Assembly: GCA_018398765.1 (NCBI GenBank)
Contig: JAHBMJ010000246.1
Span: forward strand, 1 to 52,586
Direction: 5' to 3'
Source of the DNA: Chromera velia
Taxonomy: Eukaryota
Length of the DNA stretch: 52,586 bases
In this document: positions 25,345 to 38,419 of the stretch, one piece after another
How positions within the stretch are numbered: the stretch's first letter is position 1
Layout: each line of letters begins with the position of its first letter
The notes under the pieces: generated by a model
The model's input: the letters and a program-made list of their open reading frames with translations, nothing else
The model's database searches: none
Told to the model about the DNA's origin: nothing
Program-made: the position numbers and the translations under genes

Positions 25345-28300
25345 TTGGCGGAGGACTACGCTTTCTGGAGAGTCACCGGTGAGAGCGTACAGACAGCCTT
25401 GCAGACGGCGGAGGAGAAAGAGACGGTTCCTCTGGGTGAGTCCAAGCTGGTTGGAGTGGTCAAAGATTCAAGAAGCACTGGAATGATCACGACGTCGATG
25501 GGTTGGTTGAGACTCGCCATGGCATTGTTCCTTTTATGTACGCTAGGCAGGTGGTTGTGGAAGCATGACAAAGACAGAGGGCCGAGAATCGGGACAGCAA
25601 ACGGAATGGTTGGAATTGTTGGGGTTCGGGGGAGAGGCCTTCACCTCACCGATCGTATCTTGCTGTCTTCACGAATGGTGGTTCTAGATACAGACACCAT
25701 CGTTCCTTTCCTGGTCGGGATGAAATTTTTGAAGGCATGGGGGGTAAAAATAGATTACGAGACCCTACAGATGAGACTGTGCCTTCCAGATGGGCGCAAA
25801 TGTACCATCAAATGGCAGGAGAAGGGCAGTGGACTCTTGACTCTTCCGGTCAGACCGGGGAGAGCGTCCCTTGCCGTCTCTGGCAAGCTTGGGGGAAACA
25901 GCCTAGACATCCAAAGTTTGACTGACACAGCAACAGGGGAAGAGGTCGTCGTTCCACGTGAAGTGATTTTTGGAGAATGGAAGGAGCGGCGTCGGGAGAC
26001 CGGTGCATGTGGGAAGAAACTTTGGGCAGGTTGCGTTCAGAAGGAAACATAGGCACGTCAGTCTGTAGAGAGTCTGAGAGAAGGAATTATGATGGATGAG
26101 GTGTTTGTGGGCTCTCAAAGAAGGAGGACTAAGAGAGTGACTTTTCAGGAGACAGTTTCTGGTCGGTTTCTAGATAAAGAGACCGGGAGGCTGAAAGGGC
26201 GGCCCTTCAAGACAAAGTTGAAGGAGCATGCCACCAGGACAAAGGAATGGAAAAGGGGGCGTACGAAACATCCTTCCGCTCTTGACATCTCGACGAGTGG
26301 CCACGCTCTAGATGAAGGGGGTGTTAGGAGATCGCCGCGTCTGGCAAAGAAGGAACAAGCGTTGCATGACCCTCCACCTAGGCCCTGTAGTCACAGTAGC
26401 AGCAGCAGTAGCCACCAGGTCGACCATTGTGACCCTTCTTTTGCCAATGATCCCTTTTTGACACCTGCAGACAGGATTGAGGACGAAAGAGGAGGAGAGA
26501 GTTTAACGGAGCCTAGGGAATCGCTTCAGCAAGTTCAGAAAGACAGCCTTCAGTCAGATTCAAATGAGATAGAAAAGGCAGAAAGGCAGTCAGAGAATGA
26601 ACAAACGGAAGGAAAGAAACGAAAAAGATGGAAAGAAAAGGAAGAAAAAAGGAGGAAAAAGAAGGGAAAGAAAGCGAAGGCTTCGGCTGCTGGGTCCAGG
26701 GTGGAGAACGGCAGGGTCTGCAGGGACCACAGATATAATCCAGGAGAGGGAGGGGGAACGAGATCCGGGACAGACAACAGAGACGACGCACCTGTATCTG
26801 AGACAGGAGGGCCCAGGTGCTCACATAAAGGAGAAAGGATATGGGTAGAAGGAAAAGAGTTGGAGGAGCTTATCCAGAGAGCATACAGGGAGATGGGGCA
26901 TCTAGAAGGCACACCTCTCAGTCAATCGCTTTCAAAGTTCATCAAGGGAAGTCGGTTGAGGGAGGTATGTAGAAAGACGATAGAGGGTTGCAAGGAATGT
27001 GCCCAGGTAAAAGGAGCTCCACCCAGGTGGAGAGGATGGACAGCAAGATTGAGGAGAAGAAGACTACTCAAAAGGATTGCAGTTGACCTTCACTTCATTG
27101 AAGGGACCCCAATAGTTACCATCATCGATGAATGCACTCGGTGGTTGGTGGCGGTGCCAGTAGAGGAAGAAGACGCAGCAACGGTATGGAAGGCAGTGCG
27201 GGATCCCTAGATTACGCCTTTTGGCTAAGCAGTTGGTCTAAGGTCGTGCTTTAGGACAGATAACGGAAGTCACTTCAAGAAGGTGTTTGATCTGCAGTGC
27301 AGAATAAGGGGCATCAGTCATGAGTGGACACCGGTGGGTCACCCGCAGTCGATGGGGATCCTCAAAAACCGCCATTACATTCTGGATACACAGATCACAC
27401 TTCTCCGTCTTAAGAGAGATATCCCAGAAGAAAATTGGCAAGATGTACTTCCCATGGCAGTGGCTCTTGTCAACCATATGCCAGCAGCCAGAGAACCGTA
27501 TTTGTCTGCGTATGAAAGGATGACGGGGGTTTGCCCAGTCCCAGCTAGCATTGAAGAGAAGAGAAGGAGTCATCAAGAGTTCAAGGGAAGGAGGTTTGAG
27601 GAGTCAGAGATGCTTCTCTTCCGCCACCCTCTCCGTCACTACGGAAAGCTGAAGGAAGACTGGAAGCCAGGTGAGGTTGTGAAGGTCATTTCCCCGACTC
27701 TGTTTCGAATCAGACCCATCAGAGAGAGAGACAGGGGGTATGAATCCTATGAGGTGGATCTCTTTATGACGGTCATTCAACTGATGCCTGAAGAATTGCA
27801 GCAGGAGCTGAGAAAACCTGGAGGGGTGTTGGAGAATGAACTTTCGGCAGCAGAGAAAGAAAAGGAAAAAAGAAAGAGATCAGATGGAAAGAAATTTATC
27901 ATATGGAAGGATGAAAAGATGAAGCAGTTGTTCTTAGGGGAAGTGAAGGAAGAGAAGAGAGGGCGAGTGACTGTGCAGCATTACGGGTCGTATGGGAAAG
28001 GGGCGTTGAGAGATCGGCTTTATCGTCCTGCAGTAAGGAGAAAAGGAGAGAGAGCGGTAATGTTTACAAATAATACGAAGAAGTATGAGGCAATGGAGCC
28101 AGATCTGTTTGAGGTGGAGAGAGAAGACATCGTGATTGAAGACGCGGAGGTTAAGAAGAATGGGAGGCTAGGTGAGAGCACGATCAGTACTCTTCTCAGA
28201 GAGTACATCGAAAAAAAGGAGTTTGCTTTGTCTACAGAGCCTGAAGACAGAATGTCAGATTCTGGCATCACTTCGTTTCTTGATTCCCTTATCAGTACAT

Positions 28301-29985
28301 CTTCCTTCTTCTGTTCAGACCAAGAGGTGGGAAGAGTCCTACTGATAGAGACTACGCATTAGGAGCTTGACTCCAGAGATGAGAAAGAAGTACGACGAAA
28401 CGAGGAGAGCAGAACTAGCCAAGCTGATGAAGTACAACACCTACGACACGGTCAGGAAGGAGAACATCCCCGCAGGAGCAACCGTCCTAGACATGCTGGT
28501 GGTGGATACTTTGAAGATGAAAGCAGGAGGAGAGAGAGAGTTTAAAGCAAGAGCAGTAGCAAGAGGAGACTAGGATCCGAGACAGGGTGTAAAGACCGCC
28601 ACGTGTGGTTGCCCACCTGATTCTGTTCCTTTCGTTTTGCTTGCAGCATTAGCGTCCCCAAACTACGAAAAGAACTCAATCGCCTCCGTAGATTGTCAGA
28701 ATGCCTATCTCTAGGCGAAGCTGAAGTCCCGAGTCCCAGTCTACGTCAGACTGCCTCCCAGTCATCCCGACAGAAAAGCAGGTTTGCTCTGGAGATTGAA
28801 GAAGGCCCTGTATGGTTTGAAGGATGCAAGGAGAGCATTTGAAGACTATTTGTGGGAGGTTTTGAGGAAACTAGGTTGAGAGCTTAGTCTGTTGAGCGGG
28901 GTGTTTTGGAAAAAGAAGGGAAGAAAGGTTGTTGGGTTGCTGAGTCAGTACGTTGATGATTTGATTATCGTTTCGTTGGAAGGGGACACACAGGAGATGG
29001 TAAAAGAAATTGCAGAAGAGGTCCATTGCAAGGAGCCGGAGGTGTTGGGTCGGTATGTTGGAAGTGATTATGAGGTCCTTTCAGACGGAAGAATCTGGTG
29101 CTCTCAGAAAGCGTACGTTGAGAATATTCAAGGAGAACAGAGTAAGCAGGGATCTCAGCCTCTTCCAAGAGGGGTGACAAGAGAAGATGATAGGTCGGAG
29201 GTGCTAGATGTAGAGGGACACAGACGGTACAGACAGTTGTTGGGGGAGTTGTCCTATGCAGCGCACAGCACCAGACCGGATCTCGAGTTTGCATCCGCAT
29301 GGCTGAGTCAATTTAACTAAAAACCAACCGTCAGAGCATGGAGACTTCTGAACAGAGCCATCAAAATGCAGCAGGGGGAAGCGAATTGAATCTATACCCA
29401 CAGACAGGCTGGATACTTACCGTGAATGGAAGACCGATCGCTTGGAAGAGTCGAAAACAGAAGAGATGTGCAAAGAGCATCAATCGGGCAGAACTCTGCG
29501 CACTGGAGGATGTGCTTAACTACGCATTGGTGATGATGAGATTCATTCGGGAGATCTGGAAGGACTCGTATTGCACAATTCGAACGAATTCAGATGGGGT
29601 GTGCAAGATGCTTAAATCCAGAAACCCGAAGCCCCAGGAAAAGGACTTGATTGAATAAATAAGAGAGATGGGGGGGAAAGTGTGTGTAGTTCCAGCAATA
29701 GCTGCAATGAACGGAATGGAAGAAGGGAAGATCAGAGCACAGCATGTGTACGGCCATCAGAACTACGCAGACAGTTTCACAAAGCCAATGGATGTGGATC
29801 TGATTGCATCACTTCTTGAGAAAGACAGACAGGCACAGATAGTATACATACCCACAGGTCTGTCAAGAGAAGAAAAAGAAAAGGAAGAAGAAGATGATGA
29901 TGAATGGCCATGTGTACAGGTGGATTCGAAGATGTCTGAGATTCAAGGCAGAAGCGCGAGGAGAGAAAGACTGAGGAACAGATAA
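25345..29985 (+). pseudogene. pol: pol of element A: protease remnant, integrase, Copia-type RT and RNase H
   Basis: Protease tail TANG...PFLVGMKFL. Integrase GH..CKEC, IAVDL..IIDECTRW, RTDNGSHF, PQSMG. RT FKARAVARGD, DCQNAYL, LKKALYGLKDA, YVDDL, TRPDL. RNase H WKSRKQKR..AELCAL, NYADSFTKP. Many stops and a deletion at the RT/RH junction. Confidence 0.93.
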
Positions 29986-30465
29986 CGGGTTGACTACAAA
30001 GCGATTGCAAAAAGGATCAAAGTCAAGAAAGAGGGAGAAAGCTTGATGACTGATCGATTTGATGAAAAGGGAAGGAATGCATGGAGAAAAGAGGTGTGGG
30101 TAAAAAAGGGAAGGTAAAGGAGAAAGCATTTTGCAGAGATAAGAGACGCAGAACTGATAACAGGAGATCAAAGGGAGAGAAGCTATACCTAAGAACGGAG
30201 TAAAGGCAACACGCTTGGTCTGTTGGGGGGCAGATCATTCCACGTCTATGTGTTTGCCTGCGTCAACACTCCAGATGTTCGAAGGAGGTAACTCAAACGG
30301 AGATCAAATGTAGTCAGGAAAGCACCTCAAATCAAAGCAAGATGTCATTGACAAAAGAGAACGGAAGAGACAAGAAGGTACATGTGTATGAATGATCATG
30401 AATGGGAATGATGAATGAATGTGTAAGAGTGGGTTCGCTCCGCGAAAAAAGAAAAAGGATGCGAT

Positions 30466-30901
30466 TGATGAGGCATCAAGGGTCAGAGAGAAGAGGCGCG
30501 CGCAGTATCATACCAGTCTAAATCGATCCGCGCACGCCGCCGAGCGAATTGTACATGTCAGCAACACATGCATGAAGCGTTGTATATACACATGAATATG
30601 CATACAGAGAATGCAGTACTGAAAGAGACTGGGTGCGAATGGACAGAAAAGCAAAGAGCATGTCATGTACGGGATATACAGACAACTGTATTATATGAAA
30701 TATGACAGATACAGACATAGCAGACGTGGACGTGAACGATCGATCGACCGATCGACCAAGAATTACAAATACAGTTAGAGAGAGTGTATTAAGGTCCGGA
30801 CTAGAGAGATTTGTGAACTCGAGACCATTCCCGGAAGGCCAGACTTACGAGTATATGTACAAGCGTGGATCTCTGAGCTTAGGTGAGCTAGGGATTCATC
30901 A
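30466..30901 (+). repeat. 3' LTR of element A
   Basis: Follows the PPT and is followed by TSD GCTCC. Confidence 0.95.
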
Positions 30902-31282
30902 GCTCCACCTGGCTTAGTCATTCATTCATTCATTCATTCATATATATCATGGCATATGAGGATTAGGATCAGAGGGGGTATAATCTAAACTCTGCAGGGT
31001 ATACATATTTGCGATCAGATTAGGAAAATATGATTGACTAATTAATCATTGATCATATAGGCATAATTATTGTCATGATACCTAACATTATTATAATCAT
31101 ATTTACAATAATAATAAATTAAAAAATTCTGTATTTAATAATACAAGCAACGCTGAACATTAGGCTAGATGCACTGCCAACGACAGACGGAGGTTTAACC
31201 CTGTAACCAAGTGTAACCAACGTATGCCTTTTGTGAAGGCTTTTCTTTTCAAACTGTCCGTCTAGCTGGTCATGCTCCCCAG

Positions 31283-31545
31283 CTAGGCGACGCACAGTGA
31301 TAAAAAAAAAAAAAAAAGAAGATCTTGAGATTTAAGTTGAGAAGCCTAATCTTTTTTATTTTTTTTATTATTATTGGAAGTGCAAAATATATAACAAAAA
31401 CCTAGACAAAAACACATTTAACTACAAAACCTACCTTTGCTAAGTTTGCTTGGACCTTTGACCACCACACTAAAAAAAAAAAAAAGAAAAAAAGAAATCT
31501 TGACATGTCTGTTCTTTTTTGTTTTTACCACTGTGTGTCGCCTAG
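31283..31545. mobile_element. 263-bp MITE with ~24-bp TIRs and an 8-bp TSD (hAT-like)
   Basis: Left end ctaggcgacgcacagtgataaaaa versus reverse complement of right end ctaggcgacacacagtggtaaaaa; CTCCCCAG at 31275-31282 and 31546-31553; AT-rich non-coding interior. Confidence 0.85.
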
Positions 31546-34139
31546 CTCCCCAGGTCAGCACAACCATTATCGATGAATGAGACAAACGTGCCAGGGTCTG
31601 AGCCATGGCAAACAAATTGATTTCTGTTTTGAACTTCCGATCAGTTTCCATGCCGATGGTATTTCAAACGAGAACGCTCAAGCCAGTCAGCGGAGTCAAC
31701 TCCATGAAGGCACTGGAAATGCGGCTTCCAGCCACAAAATGCAGTCAATGAATTCATCTATCAGACCGTCCACGTACAAGTACGTCCTCCCATCCTTCTA
31801 CACATCTAGCTTTCAATCCAGCCGGTTGCCCACCAGCCATCATGCCATCCATCCATGTATGTTATCAGACATCCATCCGTCCGTCTGTCCATCCATCCCA
31901 GCGTCAACCGCGCTCTGTTGTTCAGGTTTTTTAATACTTCAATTTCACGACACCCACACGCATGAGTCATTGAGAACCTGATGACCATGGGGAGGAGAAA
32001 GGGATGTCTGAAAACGTGAGCGACAAAAAAGGTGCAATCTTCATTCATTGATCCACACAAACACCGAAACATCCAAACATTCGAATAAAGAAATTCATTT
32101 TCTATCCACAAATGTTTTTACCGTACAGCTCTCAATCGTCTCATCTTCGTCCTTCAATGTTCCACAAAACTCTTCACCATTCGACAAGAACAAATCCCTC
32201 ATTCAATCGATTGACCCATCGACCCAGGTCCCCCCCGATGAAATTCAATGAAAACACTCAGGCATTCGAGCACATACAAAACGAACCAGACACCCAAATC
32301 TGATCACTCCATATCACTCCCCTCCGAACCTCTCCTCGGCCTGAAAGGATTCCCTCCGAGCACACGAAGGCTCAGGGACAGACTCTGTCAGCAGACGCCC
32401 TTCTCCCATTTGCGTCTCAGGACAGCCCCCTGCAGCCCCACCAGAACTCTCCCACTGCCCCCAAGGATCCTCCGAAACTGCAGCCAGCGCTCTATCACTC
32501 GGGCTCTGGGTGAGGAATTGTTCCAGTCGCCTACTGCTGCTGGGGCACACCTGCTCGCTCACAGAGATTTCGCACTGTTGCCCCCCGGAAGCCCTGCAGG
32601 AAGACCGCGCGCTGCTCTCTGCCTCCGACCGTGTGTTCCCGTCAGCACGTGCGCAGACGTTGCAACGGAAGCAGCAACTCACTGCAGTGTGCTTACAGCC
32701 TGTGCTGGGTGCTCGGCAGCTGTTGGACGTGGAAATGTGTCTGCAGTTTTGCCCTCCTGCGCTGGTACACTGAGAGCGTGCAGCACTCTGCGCACTGCCC
32801 CGATCAGACCGAGAGGCGATGCCACACACACGACACTCGTAACAGCAGAAAGTTGAATCCTGCACGCAACGAGGCCCCCCACTACCGCCACTGCCACCGC
32901 TTGGCGGTCCTGCAGGCCTGCCCCCTCCTCTCCTTGGAGACACACTCGAGGAGGGAGGTCTGGCGGGCATTGGCGCCCCTCCGCCACCTCCACCTGAGAT
33001 CATTCGATCAGTGGATCTATCGATGGGGATATTCATACATTGAATGCAAACGGAGTCGGAGTGAAGCAGGTGTAAACTCACGAAAAGAGAATAGCAGAAA
33101 ATGCGACCGAAGGGAACCGATAGTCGTGCGTTTTTGCAGCACTCCAAGAGCACATGGACATAGAAAGGACCACCACAGGAGCCTCAGGCAAAGAGGGAAG
33201 CGTAGCTGTGCGCCTGTAAGAAGGAGGGAGAGAGGGAGAGAGGGATGCTCTGGACAAGAAAGCAGAAAGTAGGAGAAGGAGAGACAATCCAAGAGATAGA
33301 CAGATATCCTCTGACTGAGCGTCAAAGCGACTCACCACAAGCAGCCATGTTACAGCTCTGGAAACAGAACTGTTGGGACTGGATGGGTTGAGATGAGCAC
33401 AGGTTGCAGCACATCCCCCTGTTCCCACCCCCCCTCATATCTATCCAGTTTCCGTTCACTCTCCCGAAGTTTTGTTTCTCGACAGAATCCAGTTCCTCTG
33501 CCTGAATTGTAGATTCCTGCAGAGGGCAACAAGACAATTAAGCAGAGGAAAAGGTCATTGCATAATCTTGACGCGGTGTGGGGGATACTCACTGGGATTT
33601 CAAGCAAATGAGGCAACGCCCGTCACTAAGCTGGGTGAAGAGCATTCATACGAAGAATGCATAGAGCTTTTTCGAGGGAATCCGCTGAGGAGAGAGGTCA
33701 AAACAAAAAGATGAAAACGGAGACGGGGAGACGGCAATTGAGAAACTGGCATACCAATGGAGTGTCCAAGGAAAGCGTAGACGGTCCATCAAAATCTCCA
33801 GCATCTCTTAAAGGCACAAAGACCTCCTGACATGAACATTTCAGGACCGTACAAAGTGACACCAGCACAAAACCGCGAAAAGCGACCCTCACCATATTCT
33901 CTTTTCTTCTTTTTTCAGGATGTGGCAGACTGAACAGCTGGCGGTTTCAATCGTCAATCAAACGACTCTTTTGAATCACTGGAGTGCTGCTTTAGCGTGA
34001 CTACTGCAGGGCCAAGAGATTTCCACAGTCGAAGTCAGATCATTGTTGTCTACAGGTTGCAGATTCTCGACATGGTGATCGACAGTGCAAAAGTCCATCA
34101 GCAAAATTGTCTTGAGGGTTCGTGGCAAAATATTTTCCG

Positions 34140-34410
34140 GCGGCGGTTGGCCTGCATGCATGTGACGCGATCGACGTACGGGCCGGGTCGACCCGCGGTC
34201 TGATCGGCGCTCGGCGAGCTGCATGCATGCATGCATGAACCCGGCCTGCGCGACTGCGGGCGCACCAGCTAGCTCGTACCCGGACCCATGCATGCAGGAC
34301 TTGGTCCTCGCGCGCGCGCGCGTGCGTCAGACTTAAAAATAACTCGTCGCGCACGCGCCTCTTGCGCATGGACGTCGGCCGTTTTCCGTCGAGCTGCGCC
34401 TCGAGTTAAT
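34140..34410. promoter_or_regulatory. CpG- and palindrome-rich island with TGCATGCA arrays upstream of the helicase gene
   Basis: tgcatgcatgcatgcatg at 34220-34237, further copies near 34153 and 34287, and a (CG)n run near 34308-34322. Confidence 0.45.
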
Positions 34411-34627
34411 TAACAGCTTGAACCATTGAGTGTCCAGGCAACCGAGCCTTGGCACGCAAGAGGAAACAGCTCTCAACTTCCCAAGTTTCCTTTTCCCCAC
34501 GGCCGACACTTTGCTGCTTTACAAAAGCAGCAGATGCCTGTCGAAACCTCGGGAAAGTGTTGGCGTCTCCTTTCATTGCTAGTCCTCTGTCTCCGTTTCT
34601 GTCTCTCCACCGCTCACCGCTTCTCAG

Positions 34628-37600
34628 ATGATCTTCGCTCACCGCCGCTCTGGTCGTGACCAGCGGGCTGTTCGAGCACCGAGACCTCCTCCACGTTCCT
34701 CCAGTGGAGTTAGTGAAGTGTATGAGAAGGTCGATACTCTTCTCGGATACCCCGAGGGGGTCGACGTTCCAGAACTTCCTCCTTGCTCTCCACCCGAAGA
34801 GTACCTCAAATCTGTGATCCTTCTCTTTCGACAAGAAGTCCGGGCAGCTGTCGAAGCGGCATTCGACTTCGAGGACTCGAAACCCGGCTTCATGTCCCGA
34901 AGCATGTACCAGAACCAGATAGAGATTCGAGTATCCTCCGCCATGCTTCTCGAGAACTCTTTCGAAGTGACTAAGCCTCATTTTCATCAGCAGTGCGCTT
35001 TGAGAAAGCTGGCCGATCTGCAGCATCACATTTGTGTGATCGGTAACCGTCTCTTTGTGGTGCGGTTGAACAAAGACAAATCGGCCCTTCGCTTCATAGA
35101 AGGGGGGTTTCTCGAAGAGTTGAACCTACCTTGCGACCCTGAGGAGGCCCTCGGAGACTCCTTCCCTATACAGAAAGTGTCTGCGTACTCCCTCGGCTAC
35201 TTCGGCAGTCAGCGAGCAGACGCGATCGGACTCGTGAAACTCCAGGCGAATCCGCACGGGCAAAGTACTCTGCTGCGTTCTCTTGCGGATCCAACAGGTC
35301 GTTCGATTTTCTTTTGAATCTGCTCTCTCATCTTCTTGTGGTCATTTGTTTTGCGGTGTCCTCTTCGCAATGTTGCCAAGGAGACCGTCTCTCCGTCAAG
35401 CGCAAGCTTTGCCTGTCCCCAAAACTCTTCCTGGTTCTTCCTTGTCCTTTTGCTTTCGAACGCAAGATGTTTTCTTCTATGATTGTCGTCTGTCGCTCTT
35501 CACGCCTCTTTCAGCAATCGCACACCTTTCCTCCCCCCTTTTTGATAACGCTGCAGTACGATGCGAGGCGTCGCTAATGCCGTTCCTTGACACCTCGGGG
35601 GATGCTGCAGCAGAGGCCGTTCCCCTGAATTCTACACAGAAGGAGGCTGTGCGGGGCCTGAAGTACGAGATCGAGGCCATCCAAGGCCCCCCGAGGACAG
35701 GAAAGTCCACCACGATCTACCACACAATCAAGGGACAAGTGCCTCTCACGCAGGTGGCCCTGGTGACATCCGTTCAGAACAAAGCGATCGACAGCTGCGC
35801 AGCGAAGCTCCAGAAGACTGTAGACTCCGTTCCCTTCTTCGTCTTCGGACAGGCTGAAAACATCGGAGAGACAGCAAAGAGATGGACACTCCAAGCACAG
35901 GTCTGTCATCAATCGAACAAATGTCTGGTGGTCAAAAGCCCATCACCTCACACGAAGGTCTATCCATCTCTTCCGGCCTTCTCCTCTCTGGATTTGCCCT
36001 GGTGTTCCTGCTCGCGAGCTTGCCTGCCTGTCACCGGTAGTTTGTATCTCTGACCAACTGTTTCTTTACATGTTTTTATTACTACCTGTTTGCTTTTCTA
36101 CCTGCAAGTTTTCTCATCATTATGCCTGAAGTTTGTGTCCCAGCCTGCCTCCTGCCTGCCTGCCTGCCTGCTCGCTTGCCTTTTAGCGGTATGTAAACCT
36201 CGTTTTCTGTCTCCTCCCCTGGCTATCTCTCCCTCTGCATCCTTGCCTCTATGATATCTCTTTTTTCTTTGCTTGCAAGTTGTCTGCTGCTCGGGACCTT
36301 TTGTTTGCATCGACGGTACTTGAATACTTAGAGAGGGGGCCCTGTCGACGGCTTTTGTCAATTGTTTGCGTCATCAATGCAGGCCGATAGACACCCGGCA
36401 GTCCAGAAGATTCTGGTCGAAATCAAGAACTTGGAAAGGGAGAAGGCGACAGTAGACAGGCAGTTGCGGGGAATACTGAAGAAGTGGGAGGTCCAGTTTC
36501 CCAAGCAGGCGGAAGAAATGTGGAAAAAGTGCAGGTACAGAGAAGTACTTGCAAGAGTGATCAAAACAGAAGGATTTGAAGAGGCAAGGAGATACAGGAG
36601 CAGTCAACCCGACTTTTCAAACAGCTCGATCAGCTCAAGTCACACCAGCTGCCCGCATTGCGAAGGAACGTCGAACTTGATCTCTCTTCGAAAGCTCGCG
36701 CGGTTCTTTGTACCATCGGGTCTGCGTCTTCTCTGCTCTTTCAGGTGTGTCTGCCTCTCTGCTGCAGCTTTATTTGTGTGGCCGACCCTCTAATAACTGA
36801 CTTGCCCTCACCAGTTCTGCCGCTTTTCTGTCTGCGTGGACTTTTTCTCGCCTGTGAGTATCCTGCCCCGTCAAACTCCATGCCAGACCGAATCCCTGTA
36901 TCGTCATATCGCGTTTGCAACTGGACATGTCAGAGCGCCACCCTTCTATCTTGAAGTCCTCGCCTCTTTGTGCGATGACTGCAGATGGAATCGGAGGACG
37001 GTTCCCTCAGGACCCTCAATGGGAGACTGGGGGTCGCCGTGATGGACGAGGCCGGCCTGACTCCAGAGTACAAAGTGCCGGCTCTCCTTCAGGTGGGGGG
37101 GGAGGGTGCATGACTGACCAGATTCTGTGCTCCTCCAACTCCCATTTGAAATTCTGTTTCTTCGACAGTAGCCCTGTGACTGTCTTTTCCCTCTGCCACT
37201 AGGGTTTCCTGAGGTTTTCGACTGTCTTCCGCTTGGTTGCAAGCATCAGTAACTTGCCCCCCGGATTGCTTGACGATTTGATCGTATGCATTTGTTGCCA
37301 AATGCACGCACATTCTGCCACAAACATGCGTGGAAATGAATTAACATTCCAAGGGTGGGCGTGCAGTATTGCGTCTCTCCGCATGAATCCCTTCCTTTTC
37401 TTTCAAAGGGTGAATCAACGACGTGATGAACTTGAGACTGCAGCTGGGGATCAAGACGATCGTCGCCATTGGGGATCAGCAACAACTGCAACCGTTCTCC
37501 CAGAGGTTGGTCGCATGGTCGTCTTTTCTATTCTAGACGAAGATGCCTTTGTGCTGCCTGTCGCGTTGGCACCAGCAATTGCATGTATGGGTGCTTTCAT

Positions 37601-37921
37601 GGGAGTGCCACGCGAAATCCTCCATAGACTCTCTGCTTCCTGTCGCTTATTTCTTCCTTCCTTCATTCCCTCCTTCCTTCCTTCCTTCCTTCCTTCCCCG
37701 CTTGCTTCTTTCGTTCGATCTTTCGTCTTTCCTCCGTTCGCTTGTTCATCCCCCCCCTTCCCTCCAGCCTGCCGGTCTTTGTCCCCATCCTCCTTTCTCA
37801 GATTGCCGAAATGATCTTTCAAATGAGCGTTGCCAGATGAAAGGATCAGCCCTCAAGTTATCTTCACTGCATGTCCGTCAAATCCGATGCAAATTATTTT
37901 CTTTCTCTGTTCCCCCCTCTC

Positions 37922-37956
<35 letters not shown>

Positions 37957-38381
37957 GTCTGTCTGTCCCTCCGACTGCATGCAGGACAGTGATCAACGAA
38001 GAGTCTTCTGTCGGCACCGGATTCTTCCAGAGAGTTGTGGCCGCTCTGCAGGCTGCAGGACAGCCTCTTCCCATGCTCACCCGACAGTACCGAATGCACC
38101 CAAAGATAGCGTCAGTGGTGTCCTCTTCATTCTACGGAGGAAGGCTGGAGACAGATGAAGACACGGCACTGAACAGGTCCCTTGCGACGATGGGCGAACC
38201 TGCAATCGAGTGGCTCACCTACACTGGGTGCAAGGTGCGTCCGTTCGTTCGTTTGGTTGGCTGTGTGTCCCTCTGTGCGTCTCCGTGTTTGCTCGTGTGC
38301 GTGCGCGCGTGCGTGCGTGTGCGTGTGTGTGTGAGAGTGAGTGAGTGTGTGCGTGTGTGTGTGTGTGTGTGCGTGCGTGCT

Positions 38382-38419
<38 letters not shown>

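Larger units (their letters stand above)
22786..30901 (+). mobile_element. Full-length but degenerate Ty1/Copia-order LTR retrotransposon (element A), GalEa/CoDi-like
   Basis: LTRs 22786-23247 and 30466-30901 have TGATGA...TCATCA ends. TSD GCTCC at 22781-22785 and 30902-30906; PBS TGGTGACA at 23250; PPT at 30444-30459. Domain order is gag-PR-IN-RT-RH. Confidence 0.97.

Noticed and set aside
23390..29985. Stop-codon reassignment (TAA/TAG = Gln) or programmed read-through
   Set aside because: Stops also replace Trp codons and co-occur with frameshifts and deletions; host genes end in TAG/TGA and lack internal stops
31292..31536. CACAGTG heptamers as RSS/Transib ends
   Set aside because: They are internal to longer TIRs bounded by an 8-bp TSD, and there is no 5-bp TSD at the heptamers
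32314..33900. Minus-strand Gly/Cys-rich ORF (279 aa) as a zinc-finger gene
   Set aside because: Low-complexity GC-rich sequence is open in several frames, and the Cys spacing matches no motif I recognise
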